DNA of 64,000 nt from an uncultured Clostridia bacterium. Lineage in GTDB: Bacteria; Bacillota; Clostridia; Christensenellales; UBA3700. The position numbers and the translations under genes are program-made. Under the pieces are notes generated by a model. It made no database searches and had not been told where the DNA came from. It saw only the letters and a list, made by a program, of their open reading frames with translations. Positions within the stretch are counted from its first letter, which is position 1. Each line of letters opens with the position of its first letter. The stretch is taken from positions 217 through 64,216 of the forward strand of contig CALWHM010000005.1 of assembly GCA_944380395.1 (NCBI GenBank), given 5' to 3'. Shown here piece by piece: positions 30,101 to 38,674 of the stretch.

Positions 30101-32607
30101 TAACAAGCATAGGCAGCGGCGCATTCGGTTATTGTAATGTGCTTACTATATATTGCGAAGTTTCAAGTAAGCCGAGCGGGTGGGGTAATGATTGGAATTT
30201 TTCGGACCATCCTGTTGTTTGGGATTGCAATAATAATGATGTTGCCGATGACGGGAATGTATATTGTATTCATAACGGCATAAGATATACGCTTAAGGAA
30301 GGCAAAGCTACTGTTGTAAGGCAGCCGATATCTTTAAGCGGGGAAATAGTTTTGCCGAAAAGTATTTCATATAAAGGCAGTGCTTATAATGTAGCAAGCA
30401 TAGGCAGCATCGCATTCTATGGTTGCGAGTCGCTTACAAGCATAACCATACCCGACAGCGTAACAGGCATAGAAAGCAGCGCATTCTCAGGTTGCAGTTC
30501 GCTTACAAGCATAACCATACCCGACAGCGTAACAAGTATAGGATGGGGCGCATTTGTGGGTTGCGAGTTGCTTACAAGTATAACGATACCCGATAGTGTA
30601 ACAAGTATAGGCGATTTGACATTCGATGATTGCAGTTCGCTTACAAGCATAACCATACCTGACAGTGTAACAAGCATAGGCGATAACGCATTTGAAGATT
30701 GCAGTTCGCTAACAAGCATAATTATACCCGATAGCGTAACAAGTATTGGAAGCAACGCATTCTATGGTTGCAGTTCGCTTACAAGTATAACCATACCCGA
30801 AAGCGTAACAAGCATTGGAAGTCGCGCATTCCAGGGTTGCAGTTCTCTTACAGGCATAACAATACCGGATAGCGTAACAAGCATAGACAGCAGCGCATTC
30901 TCAGGTTGCAGTTCGCTTGCAAGTATAACTATACCTAACAGCGTAACAAGCATAGGCGATTACGCATTCTATGGTTGCGAGTCGCTTGCAAGCATAACCA
31001 TATCCGATAGCGTAACAAGCATAGGTAATTACGCATTCTATAATTGCAGATCGCTTAAGGAAGTATATATAAGCGATGTTGCGGCGTGGTGTGCGATTGA
31101 ATTTGAGTCAGGCGCTGCAAATCCTTTATGTTATGGTGCAGCGCTTTATCTTAATGGAGAACTTGTTACCTCATCACTTGAAATACCCGAGGGCGTAACA
31201 AGTATAGGCAGTTACGCATTCTATAATTGTGATTCGCTTACAAGTATAACCATACCCGAAAGCGTAACAAGCATTGGAAGTAGCGCATTCCAGGGTTGCA
31301 GCGGCTTAACAAGTATAACCATACCTTTTGTAGGCTCCGGCGGCAGCGGCAATACTCATTTCGGATATATATTCGGCGCGGAGAGCTATTATTACAATAA
31401 TAAGTATGTTCCTTCTTCGCTTAGGGAAGTGGTTATAATAGGCGGAAATAGTATCGGTGAGGGTGCTTTCGCTAATTGCGATTCGCTTACAAGCATTGTG
31501 ATACCTGACAGCGTAACAAGCATAGACAGCAGCGCATTCTCAGGTTGCAGTTCGCTTGCAAGCATAACCATACCTGATAGCGTAACAAGCATAGGTGAGC
31601 GGGCATTCTTTTGGTGCAGTAGGCTTACAAGCATAACGATACCCGAAGGTGTAACAAGCATAGGCGAAGTTGCATTCTTAGATTGCAGTTCGCTTACAAG
31701 CATAACTATACCCGATAGCGTAACAAGTATAGGCAGGTTTGCATTCCAGGATTGCGATTCGCTTACTATATATTGCGAAGCCTCAAGCAAGCCGAGCGGT
31801 TGGAATAGTAATTGGAATAATTCTGATTGTCCGGTTGTTTGGGATTGCAATAATAATGATGTGGCTGACGATGATTATATATATTATATCTACAACGGAA
31901 CAAGATATGCACTTAAAGAAGGCGAGGCTACAGTTGCAGAGCAGCCGAGATCTTTAAGCGGAGAAGTAGTTTTGCCGAAAAGTATTTCATATAAAGGCAA
32001 TACTTATAGCTTAACAAGCATAGGCGATAACGCTTTCGAAGATTGCAAGTCGCTTACAAGTATTGTGATACCCGACGGCATAACAAGTATAGGCGATAAC
32101 GCATTCTATTGGTGCAGTTCGCTTATAAGCATAACTATCCCCGACGGCGTAACAAGTATAGGCGAGTATGCATTTTACGAGTGCAGTTCGCTTATAAGCA
32201 TAACTATCCCCGACGGCGTAACAAGTATAGGCGAGTATGCATTTTACGAGTGCAGTTCGCTTATAAGCATTGTGATTCCCAAAGGAGTAACAAGAATAGG
32301 CGGCCGCGCATTCTATGGTTGCGATTCGCTTACAAGTATTGTGATACCCGATGGTGTAACAAGAATAGGCGGCCGCGCATTCTATTCTTGCGATTCGCTT
32401 ACAAGCATAACTATCCCCGACAGTGTAATAAGTATAGGCGAGTACGCATTTCGTTATTGCAGTTCGCTTACAAACATAAACTTCCAAGGTACTATTGAGC
32501 AATGGAAAGATATCGGTAAAGATAGGGATTGGAATTCAAATACCGGCTCCTATACCGTTACCTGTACTGACGGCACATTGGATAAAAACGGCAATCAAAT
32601 CTCATAA
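27106..32607 (+). CDS. BspA-type leucine-rich-repeat surface protein with N-terminal zinc ribbons and one TM helix (1833 aa)
   Basis: CSKCG...CPWCG zinc ribbons; TM VIAAAVAVALILVIVVPI; dozens of LTSITIPDSVTSIGxxAFxxC repeats; RBS AAGGAGG. Confidence 0.93.
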   Translation: MICSKCGKEFEGRFCPWCGAAGEESEKASAADKIAEEEAAKAAETPKAEAPKAETPKAETEQAATEEKAESSASAGKIKCSKCGNVFSGKFCPECGYKAAELDKCPVCGAPHKAGDKFCAECGYSYEKKPNAAAATVAGIGTAIKNSCKNALAFCKKHSKKVIAAAVAVALILVIVVPISVVFTSPVQPANVDRIKIGDTQERVLSILGDPYDWKEGDTTFEYYSDNYLKIKKELDKISNMEDMESFGDFADALEKEEELNAKLETLEYKETTISFDEDGLVTKVVYNACVSESEEQAKEIKSKEVLTESIRVYEKSEVVYTIKYTDKSIVKAIAQVTPDMLLDEYAFSIYDPFAPENKIELSCKVVENSDVTAISEENCQYRLDQYGKLTISGTGEVTKEGINRLSESSIKEVIIEEGVTGIGEEAFASCGSMTSVSIPDSVTSVGKDAFANTSVGYTANDGVRYLGNETNKYLVAMQIGAADTIQFNIHGNCRVIADSAFEGNETLKAVYIPEGSVKYIGARAFYGCTLITGVTLGNGVENIGDAAFCGCDSLTSITMPGSVTNIGASAFSGCETLANITIGEGVTSIGDYAFDSCFELQNISIPSSLETVGNRIFNYVNKVTRIDFDGDLAAWLKVMSLGGMASVINSDSMIYFNGEQLSGDIVLPEGITSIPSYAFTNSTQITSLTIPDSVTSIGSYILQGCTGIESLTIPEMTRMLGGYFGEDPSKYYNTKVPASLKTVTITGGESIPAYAFDSCSSLTSITIPSSVTSIGNSAFSGCSSLTSTVIPDSVTSIGSSAFYNCSSLTSIVIPDSVTSIGSGAFSYTNLMQKENGVSYVDKWVVDCDSSVKQVQLRDNTVGIAGGAFYNCSSLTSITIPDCVTSIGRSVFEGCNSLKSIVIPEGVTSIGDYAFEDCSSLKSIIIPDSVTSIGYQAFYNCSSLTSITIPEGVTNIGNEAFAYCSSLISIVIPEGVTNIGYRLFYSCDSLASITIPDSVTSIGSGAFGYCNVLTIYCEVSSKPSGWGNDWNFSDHPVVWDCNNNDVADDGNVYCIHNGIRYTLKEGKATVVRQPISLSGEIVLPKSISYKGSAYNVASIGSIAFYGCESLTSITIPDSVTGIESSAFSGCSSLTSITIPDSVTSIGWGAFVGCELLTSITIPDSVTSIGDLTFDDCSSLTSITIPDSVTSIGDNAFEDCSSLTSIIIPDSVTSIGSNAFYGCSSLTSITIPESVTSIGSRAFQGCSSLTGITIPDSVTSIDSSAFSGCSSLASITIPNSVTSIGDYAFYGCESLASITISDSVTSIGNYAFYNCRSLKEVYISDVAAWCAIEFESGAANPLCYGAALYLNGELVTSSLEIPEGVTSIGSYAFYNCDSLTSITIPESVTSIGSSAFQGCSGLTSITIPFVGSGGSGNTHFGYIFGAESYYYNNKYVPSSLREVVIIGGNSIGEGAFANCDSLTSIVIPDSVTSIDSSAFSGCSSLASITIPDSVTSIGERAFFWCSRLTSITIPEGVTSIGEVAFLDCSSLTSITIPDSVTSIGRFAFQDCDSLTIYCEASSKPSGWNSNWNNSDCPVVWDCNNNDVADDDYIYYIYNGTRYALKEGEATVAEQPRSLSGEVVLPKSISYKGNTYSLTSIGDNAFEDCKSLTSIVIPDGITSIGDNAFYWCSSLISITIPDGVTSIGEYAFYECSSLISITIPDGVTSIGEYAFYECSSLISIVIPKGVTRIGGRAFYGCDSLTSIVIPDGVTRIGGRAFYSCDSLTSITIPDSVISIGEYAFRYCSSLTNINFQGTIEQWKDIGKDRDWNSNTGSYTVTCTDGTLDKNGNQIS

Positions 32608-32800
32608 CACTTCCCGTTGTATATCACCCTATGGGGCGCGTGCGAAAGCCGCGCTCCGTAATTTTTCATTATATGCGAAAAAGCGCTTATAACAGACGAT
32701 TATAAAATATGCCGTTTAATTAAATGCAGATTGAAAATTTAATAAGATATCTTGCATATTTTGCTTGCTTTGGCTAAATAAATAGTGTATTATCTATATG

Positions 32801-32816
32801 GTTAGTGGTGACTAAC
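32801..32816. promoter_or_regulatory. DtxR/MntR-like operator upstream of feoA1
   Basis: Palindrome GTTAGT-GGTG-ACTAAC. Confidence 0.7.
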
Positions 32817-32848
32817 GGCAAATATCGTATTTATTAAAGGAGGCACGT

Positions 32849-33067
32849 ATGCCTATAATGTTGGCGCCCTTGGGGCAGAAAGTGAAGATTGTGGCTATTT
32901 CGGCGGACGACGACGTGAAAAAGCGCCTTACCGATTTGGGTCTTGCCGTGGGCGGATATGTCACGCCGCTTTCGTCTTCCGGCGGCAATCTGGTGGTGGA
33001 CGTGCTCGGAGCAAGGGTGGCGATCAACAGGGATATAGCCATGAAAATACGCGTTGCGGCGGCATAG
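32849..33067 (+). CDS. feoA: Ferrous iron transport protein A
   Basis: KRLTDLGL..G, RVAINRDIAMKI; upstream of feoB. Confidence 0.9.
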   Translation: MPIMLAPLGQKVKIVAISADDDVKKRLTDLGLAVGGYVTPLSSSGGNLVVDVLGARVAINRDIAMKIRVAAA

Positions 33068-33109
33068 CCGCATTTATACGAAAATTCCGAAAAAATTTGT
33101 GTAAAACGG

Positions 33110-33164
33110 TTGACAAAGTTAGTTACGGCTAATATAATGTGTATGTGGTTAGTTAAGACTAACC
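33110..33164 (+). promoter_or_regulatory. sigma70 promoter (TTGACA-17-TATAAT) overlapped by two DtxR-like boxes
   Basis: GTTAGTTACGGCTAAT at 33118-33133 and GGTTAGTTAAGACTAACC at 33147-33164. Confidence 0.8.
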
Positions 33165-33180
33165 GAAATAAGGAGCAGGT

Positions 33181-33414
33181 ATGGAAAAGATACTCAAAGA
33201 GCTGAAACCGGGAGAGCAGGGCGTGGTAAAGCGCGTGGGCGGCGACGGAGCCGTAAAGCGCAGGCTGTTCGATATGGGCGTAACGCCGGGCGCGCCGGTG
33301 AAGATGCGCAAAGTTGCGCCGTTGGGCGACCCCATAGAGGTGACCTTGCGCGGTTATGAGCTGACGCTGAGAAAGGCGGAAGCGGAAAACGTGACGGTAG
33401 TTATAAGCGAGTGA
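33181..33414 (+). CDS. feoA: Ferrous iron transport protein A
   Basis: RRLFDMGVTPG, APLGDPIEV.LRGYELTLRK.EA. Confidence 0.95.
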   Translation: MEKILKELKPGEQGVVKRVGGDGAVKRRLFDMGVTPGAPVKMRKVAPLGDPIEVTLRGYELTLRKAEAENVTVVISE

Positions 33415-33431
33415 TTAAACGGAGGTAAAAG

Positions 33432-35660
33432 ATGTTAAAACTTGCGCTTGCGGGCAACCCGAATTGCGGAAAGACAACGCTGTTCAATGCGCTTACCGGC
33501 AGCACGGCATATGTGGGCAACTGGCCGGGCGTGACGGTGGAAAAGCGTGAAGGCAAATATAAAAAGCTGGGAGAAACGGTGGATATCGTGGACTTGCCCG
33601 GCATATATTCGCTTTCGCCGTATTCTCCGGAAGAGGTGGTATCCAGGAACTTTCTTTTGGACGAAAAGCCCGATGTGATAATAAATATAATAGACGCCAC
33701 CAACTTGGAGCGCAACTTATATCTCACCACGCAGATATTGGAAACGGACATACCCGTGGTTATAGCGCTCAATATGATGGACGAAGTGGAGCGAATGGGG
33801 GACAAGGTGGACGCGCAGCTGCTTTCGCGCAAGCTGAACGTTCCCGTTGTGGAGATAAGCGCGCTTAAAGGCAAGAACATACACGAGCTTATGAAGGCGG
33901 CGAAAGCGGCGGCGGGGTCGAAACGCGAGGCGTATACCGTGCTTGAAAAAAGCGAATTGGCGCCGATTGCGGAAAAAGCCGCAAAACTGCTTTCCGAAAG
34001 CGATATAAGCGATCCGCTCTTTCACGCCGTAAAACTTATTGAAGGCGATGAGCTGGAAGTAAAGGCGCATAAAGAGGCAGCCAAAGAAGTGGCTGAGCTT
34101 AAAGAAGGGCACACAAGCGAGCTTTTCGGAGACGACTTTGAAGCGTTTGTCGCAGACGCGCGCTACCGCTACATAACGGAAGAGCTTTCTTGCGCGGTAA
34201 CCAAAGCCGAACGCAAGGAAAAGCTCACGCGTTCGGATAAAATAGATAAGGTTTTGACAAGCAGAATTTGGGGTATCCCCATATTCATAGCTATGATGTT
34301 CCTTATATTCCACGTGACGTTCGCGGAAGATTTCTTGTACCTGAACGCTTTGTACGGCGTGCAGGTACAGGGCTGGGAACAATGGTGGGAACCGGGCTCA
34401 TACGTGATAGACGGCGGCATACCTTCACCGGGCGTGCTGTTGCAATCGTGTTTGGTGTGGTGTACGGACAGTTTGTCCGCATTGGCGGCAAGCGGGCTGG
34501 CAAACGCCCCGGCGTGGGTATCTTCACTCATATGCGACGGCGTGCTGGCGGGCGTGTTCAGCGTGCTCTCCTTCCTGCCGCAGATAGCGCTTTTGTTCCT
34601 CTTTTTGTCCATATTGGAAGACAGCGGCTATATGGCGCGCGTGGCGTTCATAATGGACAGGATATTCAGAAAATTCGGACTTTCCGGCAAGTCGTTTTTG
34701 CCGCTTTTGATGGGATTCGGATGCAGCGTTCCCGCGATTATGGCGTCAAGAACGCTGGAACACGACCAGGAAAGAAGAATGACGATATATATGACCCCGT
34801 GGTTTTCCTGCACGGCTAAAATGCCCATATACACCGCCATTGCGGCAGCCGTATTCGTGGGCAACGACGATTTGGTCGTGTTCGGAATGTATCTGCTGGG
34901 CATAGTGTGCGCGATATTGGGCGCGCTGCTGCTGAGGAACACTCTGTTCCGCGGGCAGACGGCTCCGTTCATAATGGAACTTCCCGCCTATCACCTGCCG
35001 CAGGCAAAGTCGCTTTTCATACACTTGTGGGATAAGGTGAAAAAATATGTTATTAGGGCGGCTACCATTATAGCGGCGTCCACAATAGTGATATGGTTTG
35101 TGTCCAACTTCAATTGGAGCTATCATATGGTGGACAGCATTGAAGACAGCATTGTGCACGACTTGGGCAGCGTTATATCCTGGGTATTCTATCCGCTGGG
35201 ATTTGCGATAGGCGAATACGGCTGGGTGTTCGTGGTGGCGGCTCTCACGGGACTTATCGCCAAGGAAGAAGTGGTGTCCACAATGACCGTGCTGGGCATA
35301 GCCATAGGCGCGCTGGGCGCGGAAGCGGGAGAAACCACCGCGATAGAAGCGCTGTTTACGGTATCGGGTATCACAACGCCTGCGGTCATAGCGTTTATGG
35401 CGTTCAATCTGCTGGCTATCCCCTGCTTTGCGGCGGTGGGCGCGGCGCGCGCGGAGTTGGGCAAGGGCAGGAGCTTTAAAGGCGCTCTGCTTTGGTGGAC
35501 GGCTTCTGCGTACATAGTGTCAATGATGATATATCTGATAGGCAGCTTCTGGTGGACGGCGTTCATCTTTGCGGTGATAATCGCGGCGGCGGTCACCCTG
35601 ATAGTGCTGTGGAACAAAGGCAAGCTGAAGCTTCCCGGCAAAAAACAGAAAAAAGCATAG
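33432..35660 (+). CDS. feoB: Ferrous iron transport protein B
   Basis: GNPNCGKTT, VGNWPGVTVE, DLPGIYSL, EDSGYMAR, GFGCSVPA, FIMELP.Y. Confidence 0.98.
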   Translation: MLKLALAGNPNCGKTTLFNALTGSTAYVGNWPGVTVEKREGKYKKLGETVDIVDLPGIYSLSPYSPEEVVSRNFLLDEKPDVIINIIDATNLERNLYLTTQILETDIPVVIALNMMDEVERMGDKVDAQLLSRKLNVPVVEISALKGKNIHELMKAAKAAAGSKREAYTVLEKSELAPIAEKAAKLLSESDISDPLFHAVKLIEGDELEVKAHKEAAKEVAELKEGHTSELFGDDFEAFVADARYRYITEELSCAVTKAERKEKLTRSDKIDKVLTSRIWGIPIFIAMMFLIFHVTFAEDFLYLNALYGVQVQGWEQWWEPGSYVIDGGIPSPGVLLQSCLVWCTDSLSALAASGLANAPAWVSSLICDGVLAGVFSVLSFLPQIALLFLFLSILEDSGYMARVAFIMDRIFRKFGLSGKSFLPLLMGFGCSVPAIMASRTLEHDQERRMTIYMTPWFSCTAKMPIYTAIAAAVFVGNDDLVVFGMYLLGIVCAILGALLLRNTLFRGQTAPFIMELPAYHLPQAKSLFIHLWDKVKKYVIRAATIIAASTIVIWFVSNFNWSYHMVDSIEDSIVHDLGSVISWVFYPLGFAIGEYGWVFVVAALTGLIAKEEVVSTMTVLGIAIGALGAEAGETTAIEALFTVSGITTPAVIAFMAFNLLAIPCFAAVGAARAELGKGRSFKGALLWWTASAYIVSMMIYLIGSFWWTAFIFAVIIAAAVTLIVLWNKGKLKLPGKKQKKA

Positions 35661-35942
35661 AAAATGCCTATACACGCACACGGCGAAAGCAATTCTTTAC
35701 CCGTGTGCCGTGGCAGAAAATAAGTATTGCACTCGGCAACGCAGAGACGAAGCAAGTCAAAGACGCTTTATTCGTACGAGTAAGCAAAATGCCTGTACAC
35801 GCACACGGCGAAAGCAACTCTTTACCCGTGCGCCGGAACAGAAAGACAGACATTTCACTCGGAAACGCCGAGACGAAGCAAGTCAAAGACGCTTTATTCG
35901 TACGAGTAAGCAAAATGCCTGTACACGCATACGGCGAAAGCA
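35661..35942 (+). repeat. ~125-bp tandem repeat (2.3 copies)
   Basis: AAAATGCCT.TACACGCA.ACGGCGAAAGCA at 35661, 35786 and 35912. Confidence 0.9.
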
Positions 35943-36217
35943 TTTCAGCGCAGGTATTTTCGGATAGATTTTCGCGATTGGGAGCGAAGTCGTAGCAGCG
36001 CTACGTCGAGCGACAAATTGCGGAAAGATGACGAAAAGGGCGCGCTCAAAGGATTTTGTCCGTGTACGGGGACAGGCGATACAACAAAAAGCCTCCTGAC
36101 GCGCCGTAAAGCCACCCCGATATCAAATATCGCGGCGCGCCAAAAATACGCCGAACATTCGGCATTACCCGGCTGTCCGCGCCCTGCGGCGCGGGCAGCC
36201 CCGAGAGGAGATAGAGT

Positions 36218-36421
36218 ATGCAAGTTATAGAAATAGTGGTCATAATAGCCGCCGTGCTGTTTGTTGTCGCGGTCACGGGAGTATCCTTATGGCGCAAAGC
36301 TCACGGAAAGGGCGGCTGTTCCGCCTGCGGAGGCTGCGGCGGGTGCGGCGGATGCGCGGGAGGATGCTGCGGTAAGGAAAGCAAAGAGGGCGATAAACAG
36401 TCCAAAGCTTCGGAAAAATGA
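36218..36421 (+). CDS. FeoB-associated Cys-rich membrane protein
   Basis: TM helix followed by GGCSACGGCGGCGGCAGGCC; RBS GAGGAG. Confidence 0.9.
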   Translation: MQVIEIVVIIAAVLFVVAVTGVSLWRKAHGKGGCSACGGCGGCGGCAGGCCGKESKEGDKQSKASEK

Positions 36422-36637
36422 GATTTTCCATACAAGTACTCCATATATTGAAGAACGCTCGGCTGCAGTCGGGCGTTTTTCTTTGCGGCAAGCGAAAAAT
36501 TCTTAAATCCCGCTTAAATTCTTAAAGCCGTCGGTCGGCTTTTTTGCCCGTTATTGGCAAATTTATGATTAAGTGATATATTATTTATGCAAAATAAAAG
36601 AGTGCAGCCGTCAAAAAGGCTGCGAGGGGTATGAGTT

Positions 36638-37339
36638 GTGAAGGTACTTATTGTAGAGGACGATAAAGATCTTTCCAAAGTCATAGAGCAGACCTTGCTT
36701 GCTTCGGACGAAGCCTGCGAAATTGCCACCGCTTACGAGGGCAACGACGGCTACGCCAAAGCGATGAATTACGATTACGACGTGATAATTTTGGACCTTA
36801 TGCTTCCGGGAATGTCGGGTGAAACAATTTTGCACAGCCTGCGCAAGTCCAAGGCTACGCCCGTCATTGTGCTCACGGCGATAGACGAGGAGAGGGAAAA
36901 AGTAAAGCTGCTCAACGACGGGGCGGACGATTATCTCACAAAGCCTTTTTCGCGTGAAGAGCTTATCACCAGAATAAACGCGGTATTGCGCAGATACAAT
37001 AAGTCTTTCACCACGCTGGGCTATAAGTTCGGCGGGCTTGAAGTAGACTACACCAATAAGAGCGTGTCTTACAACGGGGAGCTTTTACCCATTGCGGGCA
37101 AGAAGTACGAGATATTCGAAATGCTTGTGCGCAACGAGGGGAGCATAGTCACCAAAACGCAGATATTCAACCGCGTGTGGGGCTTTTATTCGGATACCAT
37201 ACTTTCCGTTATAGAGGTGCATATCTCCTATCTCAGGCGCGAGCTCAGAAAGATAGGTATGGATAAATATCTCTCCACAATAACCAACGCCGGTTACATC
37301 TGGAAAGGCGGCAGTACGATGGGAGACAGGACCGAGTGA
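36638..37339 (+). CDS. OmpR-family response regulator
   Basis: VLIVEDD, ILDLMLPG, GADDYLTKPF; winged helix VIEVHISYLR. Confidence 0.95.
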   Translation: MKVLIVEDDKDLSKVIEQTLLASDEACEIATAYEGNDGYAKAMNYDYDVIILDLMLPGMSGETILHSLRKSKATPVIVLTAIDEEREKVKLLNDGADDYLTKPFSREELITRINAVLRRYNKSFTTLGYKFGGLEVDYTNKSVSYNGELLPIAGKKYEIFEMLVRNEGSIVTKTQIFNRVWGFYSDTILSVIEVHISYLRRELRKIGMDKYLSTITNAGYIWKGGSTMGDRTE

Positions 37340-38670
37340 ACATCAAAAAAACGGCGAGGAGAGTTATTCTCTACGTCGTTTTGAACATTATAATAATGGC
37401 TGCCATCAGCTGGGGCGTGTATTTCGGGCTGAAAGAACAGGTGAGCCAATCCGTGGTGGATCGCGCGGACGAAATGCTGCGCGAATATATGGTCACGGTC
37501 AAAAACTCCAATCTTCACATCGAACAGATAGAACCCGGGTATACGGACGAGTTCGGCGAACTTATCAGCCCGTATATAGATATAGCGCTTTACAGGCGCC
37601 GCGCCAGCGGAGAGACGGACTTTGTCACCGCAAACGACTTCATTATGGCAAACGATCCGCAGCTGACTTATTTGAGCGGAATGCATACGGAGATGTTCGC
37701 AGGTTCCACTTTCCGCACGTATACGGAAAAAGTATATCCCGACCAAGGCGAATATTACGTAAAGCTGTTTTTGTCATTGGACGTGTTCGAATCGGTGACG
37801 GACTCCTTCCTTAACGTGGTTGCGGTGATAATCATCGTCGTGTTCGTGCTGGTCACCGCGGTGCTCATAGCCGTCACGCAAACGCTGCCTTATGTGCGTT
37901 ACTCGCGCAAGGAAAAGCTGTTTATCAGGGAGATGTCGCACGAGCTGCGCACGCCTTTGACCGTGATAAAGGGGAATGTGGAACATATGCTGGACAATCC
38001 CTACGCCAGCGTGAGCGAAATATCCGGCAGTTTGCAGACCATAATGAACGAAACAGAGCGTATGATACGTATGAGCCGCTGGCTGGGCAGGATAAACGCG
38101 CCGTCGCGCGACGTGCTCCCGGACGAGGAATGCGACCTTACGGAAGTCACCACGGAGATAGCCGAAGTATACGCGGATATATTCGAAGAGAAGAATATGC
38201 CGTTTTCCGTGCATATAGACGAGGTGAAAACGCGCATATCCGAAGATATGTGGAGGCAGATACTCTTTGCGCTTTTGGACAACGAGTTGAAGTACGCCGG
38301 CAGCGGCAACACCGTATGGCTGGACTTGAAGAGGAGCGGCGATAATTACGAACTTATCGTGGCGGACAGCGGCAAGGGGGTAAAGGATCCGGATAAGATA
38401 TTCAAGCGCTTTTACCGCGCCGCGGAAGATCAGACCATCAAGGGCACGGGTTTGGGGCTTGCCATAGTAAAGAACATTGTGGAAAGCAACGGCGGAAGCG
38501 TGAGCGCGGGTAATCGTGAACAGGGCGGCTTTATCCTGAAAATAAAGCTGAAAATACACAGGAAAAAGGCGGATACTTCCGCAAACGGACAAAAAGTCGG
38601 AAAAGTTGCCAAAAACGGCGACAGCGTTAAGCCGAAATTAAGCAAAAGTTCCGAAGAAGTGGTAAAATAG
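37336..38670 (+). CDS. Sensor histidine kinase
   Basis: Two TM helices; SHELRTPL, LLDNELKY, DSGKG, FKRFYR, GTGLGLAIV. Confidence 0.95.
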   Translation: MNIKKTARRVILYVVLNIIIMAAISWGVYFGLKEQVSQSVVDRADEMLREYMVTVKNSNLHIEQIEPGYTDEFGELISPYIDIALYRRRASGETDFVTANDFIMANDPQLTYLSGMHTEMFAGSTFRTYTEKVYPDQGEYYVKLFLSLDVFESVTDSFLNVVAVIIIVVFVLVTAVLIAVTQTLPYVRYSRKEKLFIREMSHELRTPLTVIKGNVEHMLDNPYASVSEISGSLQTIMNETERMIRMSRWLGRINAPSRDVLPDEECDLTEVTTEIAEVYADIFEEKNMPFSVHIDEVKTRISEDMWRQILFALLDNELKYAGSGNTVWLDLKRSGDNYELIVADSGKGVKDPDKIFKRFYRAAEDQTIKGTGLGLAIVKNIVESNGGSVSAGNREQGGFILKIKLKIHRKKADTSANGQKVGKVAKNGDSVKPKLSKSSEEVVK

Positions 38671-38674
38671 AAGT

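Noticed and set aside
27106-32607. Diversity-generating retroelement target
   Set aside because: No reverse transcriptase or template repeat in the window; variation is not adenine-specific.
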